IMG/VR virus record: IMGVR_UViG_3300021430_000595
Origin: a virus
Reading direction: 5' to 3' (one strand)
Length of the DNA stretch: 64,000 nt
The notes beneath the pieces are model-generated. The model made no database searches. It was given only the letters and a program-made list of their open reading frames with translations, and was not told where the DNA came from. Positions 47,147 through 58,020 of the stretch are shown here, piece after piece (position 1 is the first letter of the stretch; each line of letters begins with the position of its first letter). The position numbers and the translations under genes are program-made.

Positions 47147-48136
47147 ATGGCAGACATAAAACCATTAGGTAGTGAAAAACTTCAAGGTGACGATAAATTA
47201 AAGCGTATCCTTGAGTTAACGTATTACGGTAATGATAAAAAATCATCAACCACCAAAACATCATCAACATCTAAAACTGAATACTTATCAGAATCTGTTG
47301 GTGGATTTAAGTATGGTATCGTTAAAGAGAAAGACGGATACTATGTAAAAAAAGGTTTGAATGAAAGTTCACTTGATTACATTGGTGGTCTTTTCATGAA
47401 AAATAAAAATAGATTTAACTCATATGCTGAGGCTCTTAAAAGATTAGAACTATTAAGTGGTTCTGAATTAAATGAAGCCACAAAGTATGTGTTAAAACAA
47501 AAACCTTCAACCGAAGCAACAACAGATATGCCAGCGGTAACAGGTGATGTACCACCTCCACCGGCCGATATACCACCAGCACCTGAAGATACTACTTTAC
47601 CTGATACAGGTATGGAAGAACCTTCAATGGATGCAGGTATGGAAGAACCTTCATCAGAAATGGGTGCTAAACCATCAGATTACATGTCTGAAATTCAAAA
47701 GTTCTCAGGTAAGTTAGGTCAAGAGTTGAGAGACCAAAAAGAAAAAATGGAAAGTGATGATATTAAGTATGTACTTAATATGATTATCTCAGCTGTTGAT
47801 TTAGATAAACTTGACGATGAAGATATCGAAGAAATCGGTAAGAAGTTTGACAGAGATGTTGAATCTGATGCTGAGATGGGTGATGAAATGCCAGATGTCC
47901 CTGCTGATGATGAAACCACTCCCGCAGAACCAACAGGTGATGAGGAATTAGGTGAAATTCACGCAATGGACAAATTGGAAGATTTTATAAACACACCAGT
48001 ATCCACTGATGAAATCGATTTATCTAAATATTCTGATTTAGGTAGTTTAGACGAAACTAAAGAAATTGATTTAGATGAAATTAAAAACGAAATCAACAAA
48101 AGTATAGCTGAAACTTTAGGTAAATACTTTAAGTAA
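47147..48136 (+). CDS. Acidic hypothetical protein, head-module context
   Basis: 329 aa; TATTTAT upstream. Confidence 0.6.
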   Translation: MADIKPLGSEKLQGDDKLKRILELTYYGNDKKSSTTKTSSTSKTEYLSESVGGFKYGIVKEKDGYYVKKGLNESSLDYIGGLFMKNKNRFNSYAEALKRLELLSGSELNEATKYVLKQKPSTEATTDMPAVTGDVPPPPADIPPAPEDTTLPDTGMEEPSMDAGMEEPSSEMGAKPSDYMSEIQKFSGKLGQELRDQKEKMESDDIKYVLNMIISAVDLDKLDDEDIEEIGKKFDRDVESDAEMGDEMPDVPADDETTPAEPTGDEELGEIHAMDKLEDFINTPVSTDEIDLSKYSDLGSLDETKEIDLDEIKNEINKSIAETLGKYFK

Positions 48137-48137
48137 T

Positions 48138-48539
48138 ATGCGTCTTATATATGTTAATGAAATCGGAACCGATTATAAAGGTCAAAAACAGTATGAATTC
48201 ATTTTTAGTGAATCAACTGAGATTGACATGGACGAATGGTTTGACGTACCGGCTTCATCGACAGTAAGTTCGAAATCTCCCCATGTAGAATATATAGACC
48301 AAGTTGGTCTTCTTAAAGACACCGACATAGTTTTTGAATTAATACAAAATTCGGACTATTTCGGTGTTATTGATGCTGTGGACGGTATAATTGCGATGGC
48401 GTGGGAAAAATCAAATTTTGATTTGGACGAAGATAGATTGTATTTCCGTTTTGGTGAAACATATGAAAATGTTTCAAAAAAATTAAAACAAAGAGGTATA
48501 ACTCTTGACAAAAAAGATTTAAAAGTCAAAAAATCATGA
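48138..48539 (+). CDS. Hypothetical protein
   Basis: 133-aa ORF in operon. Confidence 0.6.
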   Translation: MRLIYVNEIGTDYKGQKQYEFIFSESTEIDMDEWFDVPASSTVSSKSPHVEYIDQVGLLKDTDIVFELIQNSDYFGVIDAVDGIIAMAWEKSNFDLDEDRLYFRFGETYENVSKKLKQRGITLDKKDLKVKKS

Positions 48540-49462
48540 ATAGAAAAATAACTATTGAAAAATTATTGAAGGAGGGTTTTACTGAAAAAACTCTTTCACG
48601 TTTAAGTGATAAAGAATTAACAACTTTATCTAATACAGTGTTAAAAGAAGAGTCTGCAGGTTCTCTTGTTATGAAAAAAGCTACAACTCCACCCGCAGAA
48701 GTAAAAAAATATACAGATGCCGGTTTTAATGTGGAATTGAGAGAAAAGAAAGATTCGGGTGTTTGTCCTGTTTGCGGTATGAAAAATTGCAAATGCGATG
48801 ACAAAAAACACAAGGAAATTAAAGAGGAAAAACCATCTGCAGGACTTTCAAAAGAAAAGAAAAGTGAAGTAGTTAAGAAAGCAAAAAAAGGTGAAGATAT
48901 AGGAAAGAAAGGTAAATCATTTAAAGACATTGAGAAAAAGGCGAAAGAAAGTGGTGCTAAAGACCCTAAAGCGGTTGCGGCTGCAGCTATGTGGAAAAAT
49001 GTTCAGAGAGAAAATGTTTCTGAAGTTGAGGAATGGGTATTAGATTTGGCAGAATCAAAATACACACAATTCACATCAAAAAACGATATCATGAATGTAA
49101 TTAATGAAAAAATGGAGACATTCCAACCAATGCCAACTTCAAAAGCGAAAAGAGGACATAACAATGTCCCTGAGTTTATGACTTATGATTCAATTGTTGG
49201 AACTCAACCTTCACCATCACAACCCGACATAGATACACCTGTTAAACCAAAAACCCCTGAAAAACCGGTTAAACCGAGAACACCATACGAACCGGGACCG
49301 GGTACAAACCCTAAACCGAAAGCAACATCACCATCAAAACCTGATGTTGATACTCCGGTTAAACCAAAAACACCTGTAAAACCGGTTAAACCGAGAACAC
49401 CATACGAACCGGGACCTGGTACGAACCCTAAACCAAAAGCGTTAGCTGAAAAGAAAAAATAA
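48536..49462 (+). CDS. Hypothetical protein with duplicated Pro/Lys-rich tail
   Basis: 39-aa unit repeated twice. Confidence 0.6.
   Translation: MNRKITIEKLLKEGFTEKTLSRLSDKELTTLSNTVLKEESAGSLVMKKATTPPAEVKKYTDAGFNVELREKKDSGVCPVCGMKNCKCDDKKHKEIKEEKPSAGLSKEKKSEVVKKAKKGEDIGKKGKSFKDIEKKAKESGAKDPKAVAAAAMWKNVQRENVSEVEEWVLDLAESKYTQFTSKNDIMNVINEKMETFQPMPTSKAKRGHNNVPEFMTYDSIVGTQPSPSQPDIDTPVKPKTPEKPVKPRTPYEPGPGTNPKPKATSPSKPDVDTPVKPKTPVKPVKPRTPYEPGPGTNPKPKALAEKKK
49210..49440 (+). repeat. About 117-bp imperfect in-frame tandem repeat
   Basis: Two copies of SPS.PD.DTPVKPKTP.KPVKPRTPYEPGPGTNPKPKA. Confidence 0.8.
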
Positions 49463-49466
49463 TAAA

Positions 49467-50798
49467 ATGGAGTTTAGAAAAAAAGAATTGTTATCTTTGT
49501 TGAAAGAAGATATTACAGAAATGCCAATGGATTTTGACACTCCCGATAGACCGTATCAGGGAATACAAACAAAACTTGCACAGGGTGATACACCACTCAA
49601 AAAAGTACCGTTACCTCAAACAGGTGATGAACCAAATAAAAACTTCCAAGAATTATTAGCTTCTGAAAGATACAGACAAGTAATTGCTAAAGTTAGAGAG
49701 TATACAGGTATTCAAACACCATTAAGTGGTGAACAAGGTATAATGCCGTTAGCCCAAATGATGATGAACGCACATAATGAAATTGTTGCAACCGAAAGAA
49801 ATCATAAAGAAGCTTTGGAAAACTTGGCTGTTGAATTGGTTAAGAGAGAAATGTCAATACCTGAAGATGCGTTGCAGTTCGACGCTAAAATCGTAGGATT
49901 GGGTGAAGTTAATACTGAAGATTTTAACAGAGACATGGGTGATGAAGAAAACATGGACACTGTTGATGTTGAAACTGATTTAGCTGATGATTTGGCCACC
50001 ATGAATTTAGAAAAAGCCAAGAGAAGATTAATCAATAACATGATACAAGGGGCATCTAAAAAAGGTCACTATATGTATCATTATGTTGCAGATAAAATTA
50101 GAGAGATTACAGGGTCAGAAACATTACTAAATCAATATGGTATATTGATGTCAATTAACGATACATTGTATTGGCAATTAAGTGATGATACCATGAAAAT
50201 GATGATGGGTGGACCCGGAGGTGGTGGTAGTGTTGCCGGTAAAGAAGAAGTTAAAAGAGAAACTAACCCACCAACAATTGTTGCAAGAGCAGTAAATTTT
50301 CCCGCTCTTGTACATGAGTTAATTAAAGGGGTTATGGAATTATTCGCGATTCAAGGTAGACCAACAGATGAAGAAGGTAATGAAGACCCAAGATGGTCTG
50401 AAATCGAACAATCTGAAGATACTTTAGAGAAAGAAATATGGGATTTACGTTTAGGTCCCGCGATTTGGGATAGAATTAGAAATCAATTCCCTGAAGAAAT
50501 ATTGGTTGATGAGAATAAGTTTGAATTACAGAACTATCTAATGCAATCAATATTCCAATTACCAGCTAAACAGTTTTTGGTTTTCATGAAAGAAGTAATA
50601 TCGGGTTCAGAAAATGGAAAACGATTAATGGGTGAATTGTTGAGGGGTATTGATGAGATGTTCAAAGACCAAAATTATCAAGAGGCATTATCAATGTTCC
50701 AAGACGACTTAGATGACGTTACTGACAATACCGATGATGACGATTTAGGTGATTTCTTAGGTGGTTTAGGTATTAGATTATCCGATGATGACGAGTAA
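49467..50798 (+). CDS. Hypothetical protein upstream of terminase
   Basis: 443 aa followed by terminator 50817-50845. Confidence 0.6.
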   Translation: MEFRKKELLSLLKEDITEMPMDFDTPDRPYQGIQTKLAQGDTPLKKVPLPQTGDEPNKNFQELLASERYRQVIAKVREYTGIQTPLSGEQGIMPLAQMMMNAHNEIVATERNHKEALENLAVELVKREMSIPEDALQFDAKIVGLGEVNTEDFNRDMGDEENMDTVDVETDLADDLATMNLEKAKRRLINNMIQGASKKGHYMYHYVADKIREITGSETLLNQYGILMSINDTLYWQLSDDTMKMMMGGPGGGGSVAGKEEVKRETNPPTIVARAVNFPALVHELIKGVMELFAIQGRPTDEEGNEDPRWSEIEQSEDTLEKEIWDLRLGPAIWDRIRNQFPEEILVDENKFELQNYLMQSIFQLPAKQFLVFMKEVISGSENGKRLMGELLRGIDEMFKDQNYQEALSMFQDDLDDVTDNTDDDDLGDFLGGLGIRLSDDDE

Positions 50799-50857
50799 AT
50801 AAATACAACTATAAAGGAAAGGGAGGTTTTTACCTCCCTTTTTTTGTATTTATATAT

Positions 50858-52630
50858 ATGAGTAATCAGAAAATACAACAGTTAAAGGAATATGCTCGTA
50901 TAATGAAAGACACTCCTTATGCGTTAAAAACATATTTACAAACATACGATAATACACAGAAAAAATTCGTTCCGTTAGAGTTGTTCCCCGACCAAATACA
51001 ACTATTAAAAGACTACGAATCGTATAATGAGAACATAACAAGAAAATATAGACAGGCCGGTGTTACCACCGTAACTGCTGCGTGGATTTCTAAAAGATTA
51101 CAGTTAGCAAAACCGGAAAATCCCGATAAGGTACTTGTAATTGCAAATAAAAAAGATACCGCAGTTGAGATGGCCAATAAGATTAGACATTTCTTAGAAC
51201 AATGGCCTGACTGGATTAATGTTGGTTTCTCACCCGATAAAAACTCAGAAAGTAGATTTAGATTAAACAACGGTTGTGAAGTTAAAGCAGTAGCAACATC
51301 AGGAGATGCTTTACGTGGTTATACACCAACCATTCTTGTATTTGACGAGGCGGCATATATCGAAGCGGGTGAAGACTTTTGGGCCGCATCTATGGCATCC
51401 CTATCTACAGGTGGTAAGATTATCCTTATTTCAACACCAAACGGTTTTGACCCAATTTACTATGGGGTGTATGACCAAGCAATTAGAGGTGTTAATGATT
51501 TCCATATAACCGATTTAAGATGGTTTAAAGACCCAAGATATACAAAGGATTTAAGATGGGTTAAATGTAACGATATTGTTCATTACATGTTACATAGAGA
51601 TTTATATAACGACGATGAGGTTGTTATGACAGATTTTGACATAACTAAATATAATGAGTACTTGGAACAAGGTTATAAACCACTTTCTTCTTGGTTTGAA
51701 GGTATGTCTAAAAAATTCAAGTTCGATAGAAGAAAAATTGCACAAGAATTGGAATGTGACTTCTTGGGTTCAGGTGATGGTGTAATATCAGGTGAGATAC
51801 AAGACAACATCACTAAAAATATGTTGAGAGAACCTAAAGAAAAGTATATGCAAGGTACTTTTTGGCAATGGAAAGAACCTGTTCAAGGTCACAGATATAT
51901 TATGGGTGTTGATGTTAGTAGAGGTGATAGTGAAGACTTCTCATCAATTAATATAATTGATTTTGATGAAAGAGAACAAGTTGCAGAATATGTCGGTAAA
52001 ATACCCCCAGACGATTTAGCATCACTTGCATACAAATGGGGTGTACTTTATGAAGCGTTTATTGTAATTGATATTACCGGTGGTATGGGTGTTGCAACAT
52101 CAAGAAAATTACAGGAAATGAATTATAGAAATCTTTTTATTGATGGTGTTAATGTCAAAAATATTTGGGAATATAATTCAAAAGCAATGGATAAAATCCC
52201 CGGATTGAATTTTAACAATAAAAGAAGTCAAATAATTGCAGCGTTTGAAGAACAGTTAAGGAAAGGATTTCAAGTTAGGTCATCAAGGTTAATGAACGAA
52301 TTGAACACATTTGTTTATATAAACGGTAGAGCAGACCACATGAAAGGTGCACACGATGATGCCATTATGAGTTTATCTATGGCTCTTTATGCTGCGGATA
52401 TTTCATTCACTCAGTTAGAAAGAAACGAAAATGCAAATAAAGCGATGTTGGAATCTTGGACAATATCCGAGAGAACATATGAACCAAATAAATCATTTTA
52501 CTCATATGGAACCGCATTTGACCAAATAGGTTCAATGTCACTTGATGGTCAACAAGTTTTACCTCAAAGACAAAATGCAACAAAAGAACAATATTCACAA
52601 TATTCATGGTTATTTGGTAAAAAAAGATAA
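50858..52630 (+). CDS. Terminase large subunit (T4 gp17-like)
   Basis: KYRQAGVTT, LVFDEAA, STPNG, MGVDVSRG, HDDAI. Confidence 0.92.
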   Translation: MSNQKIQQLKEYARIMKDTPYALKTYLQTYDNTQKKFVPLELFPDQIQLLKDYESYNENITRKYRQAGVTTVTAAWISKRLQLAKPENPDKVLVIANKKDTAVEMANKIRHFLEQWPDWINVGFSPDKNSESRFRLNNGCEVKAVATSGDALRGYTPTILVFDEAAYIEAGEDFWAASMASLSTGGKIILISTPNGFDPIYYGVYDQAIRGVNDFHITDLRWFKDPRYTKDLRWVKCNDIVHYMLHRDLYNDDEVVMTDFDITKYNEYLEQGYKPLSSWFEGMSKKFKFDRRKIAQELECDFLGSGDGVISGEIQDNITKNMLREPKEKYMQGTFWQWKEPVQGHRYIMGVDVSRGDSEDFSSINIIDFDEREQVAEYVGKIPPDDLASLAYKWGVLYEAFIVIDITGGMGVATSRKLQEMNYRNLFIDGVNVKNIWEYNSKAMDKIPGLNFNNKRSQIIAAFEEQLRKGFQVRSSRLMNELNTFVYINGRADHMKGAHDDAIMSLSMALYAADISFTQLERNENANKAMLESWTISERTYEPNKSFYSYGTAFDQIGSMSLDGQQVLPQRQNATKEQYSQYSWLFGKKR

Positions 52631-52682
52631 CCATTTATAATAAACCATTTTTTAATTATATTCTTATAAACTATTTATACGT

Positions 52683-54476
52683 ATGGCAGATAATAATTTG
52701 ACGGTGTTTCAGAGATTAACTAGAATGTTTGGTTTCCCAAACAAACCAACCACTGAACAACCACCGTCGTTTAATTTCGATAAAGAAGAAATTCTAAAAA
52801 CAAGTAGTCGAGAAGAGTACGAAAAAGCGATGTTACAGGCTCAACAAAGTCAATACATTGCAGATAAATGGACTAAGTTAGAACAATCATTATACAATCA
52901 ATCAGTTTACTATGAACCAAATAGATTGGCTGCATATTATGATTACGAGTCCATGGAGTTTACTCCTGAAATTTCCGCAGCTTTGGATATATACGCTGAA
53001 GAATCGACCACATTATCAGAAAAAGGTGAAATTCTTACCGTTTTCTCGGAATCAACAAGAATTAAAAGTATTCTTGAAGACCTATTCATTAATCGACTTG
53101 ATTTAAACACTAACCTACAAATGTGGGCTAGAGGTGTTTGTAAGTACGGTGACAATTTTGTGTATTTAAAAATTGACCCCGAAAAAGGTGTTGTTGGTTG
53201 TCAACAATTACCAAACATTGAGATTGAAAGAATGGAAGGTAGGGAAAGTAAAACACCTAATCAACAGAATCCACTACAATTACCGTCAAGAGAGTTGAGG
53301 TTCCAATGGAAAAATAAAGACATGGAATTCCAAGCGTGGGAAATTGCACACTTTAGATTATTGGGTGACGATAGAAAATTACCATACGGTACATCAATGT
53401 TGGACAAGATAAGAAGAATTTGGAAACAATTACTTCTTGCTGAGGATGCGATGTTAATTTATAGAACAACAAGAGCACCCGAAAGACGTGTCTTTAAAGT
53501 GTTCGTTGGTAACATGGATGATAAAGATATTGAGGCTTACGTACAACGTGTTGCGAATAAATTTAAGAGAGACCAAGTGGTTGATTCAAGAAACGGTCAA
53601 GTTGATATGAGATACAATCAAATGGCGGTTGACCAAGATTATTTCATACCTGTACGTGACCCCGCACAAACTAACCCAATTGAAACATTAGCAGGTGCAC
53701 AAAACTTAGGTGAAATCGCAGATATTGAATATATACAAAAGAAAATGTTAGCTGCGTTACGTATACCAAAAGCGTTCTTAGGTTTTGAAGAAGTTGTTGG
53801 TGATGGAAAAACCTTAGCATTAATGGATATTCGTTTTGCTAGAACAATCAACAGAATCCAAAAATCATTAATACAAGAGTTAAATAAAATTGCATTAATT
53901 CACCTTTACCTTCTTGGTATGGAAGATGAATTAAACAATTTCTCACTTTCATTAACAAACCCATCGGCACAATCTGATTTGTTAAGAATTGAACAATGGA
54001 AAGAGAAAATTACATTGTATAAGGACGCAACTTCAGACCAATCTCAGGTTGGTATTTTACCGGTATCACATACTTGGGCTAAGAAAAATATCTTAGGTAT
54101 GAGTGATAGTGAAGTTATCCAAGATTTACAACAACAAAGACTTGAGAGAGCAATTGGTTTTGAATTAACGAATACTCAAAATGTAATTAAACGTTCTGGT
54201 GTCTTTGATGATGTTGACGCTAAATACGGTGTACCTGAAGAAGAAAGAGTGGAAGGTGGGGAAACACCAGCGGAGGGTGGAATGGATATGGGTGGAGGTG
54301 CACCACCAACACCACCGGCAGGTGGAGGTGAAGGACCTTTAAGTGAAAGTAAAAAAGATAAAATTCTAAGTATGTTGGGTGATAATAACAAATTGGAAGA
54401 CCTTTTTGATATTAATAAAGCACAACAGAATATTTATGAAATAGAAAATAAACTGAAAGATATTTTAAACGAATAA
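52683..54476 (+). CDS. Portal protein (T4 gp20-like)
   Basis: EDAMLIYRTTRAPERRVF, DYFIP, LRIPK. Confidence 0.92.
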   Translation: MADNNLTVFQRLTRMFGFPNKPTTEQPPSFNFDKEEILKTSSREEYEKAMLQAQQSQYIADKWTKLEQSLYNQSVYYEPNRLAAYYDYESMEFTPEISAALDIYAEESTTLSEKGEILTVFSESTRIKSILEDLFINRLDLNTNLQMWARGVCKYGDNFVYLKIDPEKGVVGCQQLPNIEIERMEGRESKTPNQQNPLQLPSRELRFQWKNKDMEFQAWEIAHFRLLGDDRKLPYGTSMLDKIRRIWKQLLLAEDAMLIYRTTRAPERRVFKVFVGNMDDKDIEAYVQRVANKFKRDQVVDSRNGQVDMRYNQMAVDQDYFIPVRDPAQTNPIETLAGAQNLGEIADIEYIQKKMLAALRIPKAFLGFEEVVGDGKTLALMDIRFARTINRIQKSLIQELNKIALIHLYLLGMEDELNNFSLSLTNPSAQSDLLRIEQWKEKITLYKDATSDQSQVGILPVSHTWAKKNILGMSDSEVIQDLQQQRLERAIGFELTNTQNVIKRSGVFDDVDAKYGVPEEERVEGGETPAEGGMDMGGGAPPTPPAGGGEGPLSESKKDKILSMLGDNNKLEDLFDINKAQQNIYEIENKLKDILNE

Positions 54477-54481
54477 ATAAA

Positions 54482-55222
54482 ATGACAAACTTCGGAGAAT
54501 TAAAAACAAAACTCTTAACTAAATTAACAGAGTCTTACGCCAATAAAAAAAATGGTGAAGTTAAGGATTTAGTAAAGAAATTAAAATCAAATAAACCATT
54601 AGTGGAGATGTATGTCTTCTACGATGAGATTGAAAACTTGAATATTCAAACAAAAGATAAGGCGAAACTTTATGTGGAGTCTATTGAACCAATCTTAATT
54701 GACAAAATCAAATCTTTGAAAAAAGACATGAAAGAATTTGGAAAAATTCTTAAAGATGTTGTTGTTGAGAACAACGAGTTCTATAGTAGTTTGGATGTTC
54801 TCGCAGAAGAAAATAATATTCACAACATCTCTAAGAAAATTGATGCCAGAGAAAATATTGTTAACTACTTAGTAGCCGAAAAGAAAAAAGAAACAGTTGA
54901 AATACCAACGGTACAAATTGAAAATTTCTCATTACTAAACACAGTTTTGGTAAATAATTTTAACATCAAGTATAGTGAATTCTTAAATGAAGAACAAAAA
55001 GAAACATTTAATAAAATTGTTTCTATGAGTAATGATGAATTGTTGTCAGAAATGACTAACATTAAAAATGAACTAACAACAAAATTAGATAACTTACTTA
55101 GTGAGTCTACAGATGATTCAATGTTAAATAAATTGAAATCTGTTAAGTCTGAGGTCACTAATTCAGACGTGTCAAGATACAACTATTTTAAACTATTGGA
55201 ATTAAAAAACGGATTAATTTGA
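54482..55222 (+). CDS. Hypothetical head-module protein
   Basis: 246 aa, helical. Confidence 0.6.
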   Translation: MTNFGELKTKLLTKLTESYANKKNGEVKDLVKKLKSNKPLVEMYVFYDEIENLNIQTKDKAKLYVESIEPILIDKIKSLKKDMKEFGKILKDVVVENNEFYSSLDVLAEENNIHNISKKIDARENIVNYLVAEKKKETVEIPTVQIENFSLLNTVLVNNFNIKYSEFLNEEQKETFNKIVSMSNDELLSEMTNIKNELTTKLDNLLSESTDDSMLNKLKSVKSEVTNSDVSRYNYFKLLELKNGLI

Positions 55223-55414
55223 TTTTTCCTCGTTTGTTCTAATTTGTTGTTTATATGCTGCTTTTAATTTTTTAGCTCTATTAACAACTGACGGTTTAAC
55301 ATACTGTTGTTTTTCTCTTAACTTTTCAGTTTGTTTTGTTTTTTGAACCTTGTATTTGTATTTTTTAAGTGCAGATTCAAGGTTCTTTTCTTTTTTGACG
55401 TTTATTATAATCAT
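55214..55414 (-). CDS. rpsU: Ribosomal protein bS21
   Basis: MIIINV..NLESALKKYKYKV..LREKQQYVKPSVVNR. Confidence 0.88.
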   Translation of the reverse strand: MIIINVKKEKNLESALKKYKYKVQKTKQTEKLREKQQYVKPSVVNRAKKLKAAYKQQIRTNEEKSN

Positions 55415-55513
55415 AGTCTTTTTATTTAAATATAATGATAAAATTTTGATTTGTTAAGTTTATTGTGTATATTTTGCATACACCATAAAGTATATAAGTA
55501 TTATGAAAAATTA

Positions 55514-55939
55514 ATGAAGAAAGGTAAATTTATCACGGTTGGTAACCACAATAATGTAAAGATTGGTTATGGTACAGTTGATTATAAAAATTTGAAGACA
55601 ATATACATTCAACTAAATTCGTGGACACAACCAACAGTTGAGGAACATGATTTTGACAGATTGATTCTCAAAACCCGCAGAAAAATAAAAGAAAACATCT
55701 ACAATTTAAATTCTGAGTTCTTTAAGAAAGAATCCATTGTTGATTTAGATATAAAAACAAACGGAATTAAGACCAATAAAAGGTCTTTCATGGACTTGGA
55801 AGTTACTCTATACGTAAACAAACCATTCGATGTAAGGTCTAAAGAAATTAAAGATATAGTTAACAATCTATCAAAAAACATAATTGATACAACTTTGACA
55901 GACGAAACTTTATTTAATTTCTTCGAAAAAAAGAATTAA
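55514..55939 (+). CDS. Hypothetical protein
   Basis: Start at MKKGKF. Confidence 0.6.
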   Translation: MKKGKFITVGNHNNVKIGYGTVDYKNLKTIYIQLNSWTQPTVEEHDFDRLILKTRRKIKENIYNLNSEFFKKESIVDLDIKTNGIKTNKRSFMDLEVTLYVNKPFDVRSKEIKDIVNNLSKNIIDTTLTDETLFNFFEKKN

Positions 55940-55977
55940 TCCAAGATTCAACGTATTTATTATAAAAAATACGTTGG

Positions 55978-56661
55978 ATGAAAATACTTGGACCAAACGA
56001 GACCGGAAAAGGAATATTAATAGAGTACGACGCCGGATTTATATCTCCAAAAGATAATCAAAGAATTATATCTGAGATGAAGGACATCGACTTCTCTGAC
56101 GATATAATTCTTTATGCTGTTTTACAGAAATACGACACTCCAAATAAAAACGGAAGGATTTATCCCGAAGTTCTCTTAAAAAGAGAAAATGAAAAATACC
56201 AAACGTTAATAAAAAAAGGAAGTGCGTTAAACGAATTAAATCACCCAACTTCATCCTTAATTGACTTAGACAGAGTTTCACATTCTATTCTTGAAACTTG
56301 GTGGGATGGAAAAATCTTAATGGGTAAAATAAAATTATTTACATCACCCGGATGGAAAAAAATGGGTATTGTAAGTACCAAAGGTGACCAAGCTGCAATG
56401 TTGTTAATGAATGGTGCAACATTAGGTATTTCTTCAAGAGGTGTTGGTTCACTAAAAAATGTTAAAGGACAAAATATCGTACAAGACGACTTTGAATTGG
56501 TTTGTTTTGATTTGGTGTCATCTCCAAGTACACCCGGAGCATATGTGTTCTCAGATATAAAAGACAGAGAACAGTATCAAGAATCAATAGACGAAAAACC
56601 CCAAGACACAGATAAGATGAAAAATCTCATGTCAAAATTAGACTCCTTTTTAGGTAGATAA
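55978..56661 (+). CDS. Prohead protease (T4 gp21-like)
   Basis: NKNGRIYP, ELNHP, GISSRGVGS, DLVSSPS. Confidence 0.93.
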   Translation: MKILGPNETGKGILIEYDAGFISPKDNQRIISEMKDIDFSDDIILYAVLQKYDTPNKNGRIYPEVLLKRENEKYQTLIKKGSALNELNHPTSSLIDLDRVSHSILETWWDGKILMGKIKLFTSPGWKKMGIVSTKGDQAAMLLMNGATLGISSRGVGSLKNVKGQNIVQDDFELVCFDLVSSPSTPGAYVFSDIKDREQYQESIDEKPQDTDKMKNLMSKLDSFLGR

Positions 56662-56741
56662 TAAATTTATTAGAGATTATAATACTATAAACTGTATTTT
56701 TTTACAATAACGACATATTTATTAGTAAACAATTCAATAAA

Positions 56742-57980
56742 ATGAGTAATAAATCAATCCTAGAACAAGCGTTACTTCAAGTACAAACACTTGAAGAAGC
56801 AGTGAAAGCAAATGCAAAGGGTATACTTGCATCAACCATGAAGCAAGAACTAAATGATTTGCTAAAAGAATCTATGGAAGAAGAGGAAGAGGTTGACGAA
56901 CAACCAATTCCTGATGAAGAGACAACAGATGATGTACCGGCAGACGCTGGTGATGAAACAGGTCTTGATAATTCAGATATGGGAGATGATGAAGTATCAT
57001 CTGACGATGACGAACCGTCAAAAGATATCGATTCATTAGATTCAGACGAAAACCCAATGGATGACATGATGGGTAATGAAATGTCTGATGAAGATGATGA
57101 AGATGTTGTTGACATGACCGGTGCCGGTGAAGACGAAATTTTAAAAGTTTTCAAAGCAATGGGTCCAAATGATGGTGTTATCGTTAAGAAAGATGAAGAA
57201 CACATCGAATTATCTGATGGTGATGATGAGTATATCATCAAGTTAGACGAAGAAATGAATTCTGACGAAGATTTAGATGAAGAAATGGACGATGAGTCTA
57301 TGGGTTCAGAAGAATCAATGGAAGAAGGAATGATGTCTGATGAAGAAACAGAAGAAACTGTTTACGAAATTGAACTTGATGCTGATGAAGAATACGTAAG
57401 TGAAGATTGGAACGAAGGAGAGTCACACGATGGTGAAGGTCATGAAGATGACATGAACGAAGGTGATGACGATTCTGAGGAAGAAACTCACGAAAGCGAT
57501 GTTGAAGAATCTGCTCGTACCATGGGTAACGGTTATCACGGAGGATTAAAATCTAAAAAGAAATTCTACGCTGGTAATAAAAGAGAAGAAATCAACGAAG
57601 AAGTTAGTAAACTTAAAAAACAAAACGATGAATACAAGAAAGCTCTTGTACTATTCAAAGAAAAGTTAAATGAGGTTGCAGTATTCAACGCTAACTTAGC
57701 ATACGCTACACGTATATTCACAGAACACTCAACTACCAAACAAGAGAAGTTGAACATACTTAAAAGATTCGATTCAATCTCAACCTTGAAAGAATCTAAA
57801 AATCTTTACAGTGTTATTAAATCTGAATTAGAAACTAAAACACCTGTAACAGAATCAGTGGTTGAAAAAATAACTACAGCACCAACGTCTTCATCTTCAG
57901 GAAAAGTATTGTCGGAATCAAAAGCATACGAAAATCCACAATTCAAGAGAATGAAAGATTTGATGTCAAAGTTAAAATAA
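56742..57980 (+). CDS. Prohead core/scaffold protein
   Basis: Very acidic coiled coil between protease and capsid genes. Confidence 0.7.
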   Translation: MSNKSILEQALLQVQTLEEAVKANAKGILASTMKQELNDLLKESMEEEEEVDEQPIPDEETTDDVPADAGDETGLDNSDMGDDEVSSDDDEPSKDIDSLDSDENPMDDMMGNEMSDEDDEDVVDMTGAGEDEILKVFKAMGPNDGVIVKKDEEHIELSDGDDEYIIKLDEEMNSDEDLDEEMDDESMGSEESMEEGMMSDEETEETVYEIELDADEEYVSEDWNEGESHDGEGHEDDMNEGDDDSEEETHESDVEESARTMGNGYHGGLKSKKKFYAGNKREEINEEVSKLKKQNDEYKKALVLFKEKLNEVAVFNANLAYATRIFTEHSTTKQEKLNILKRFDSISTLKESKNLYSVIKSELETKTPVTESVVEKITTAPTSSSSGKVLSESKAYENPQFKRMKDLMSKLK

Positions 57981-58020
57981 AAATAAAAAATAAACTTAAA
58001 AAACCAAAAAATACAAAAAA

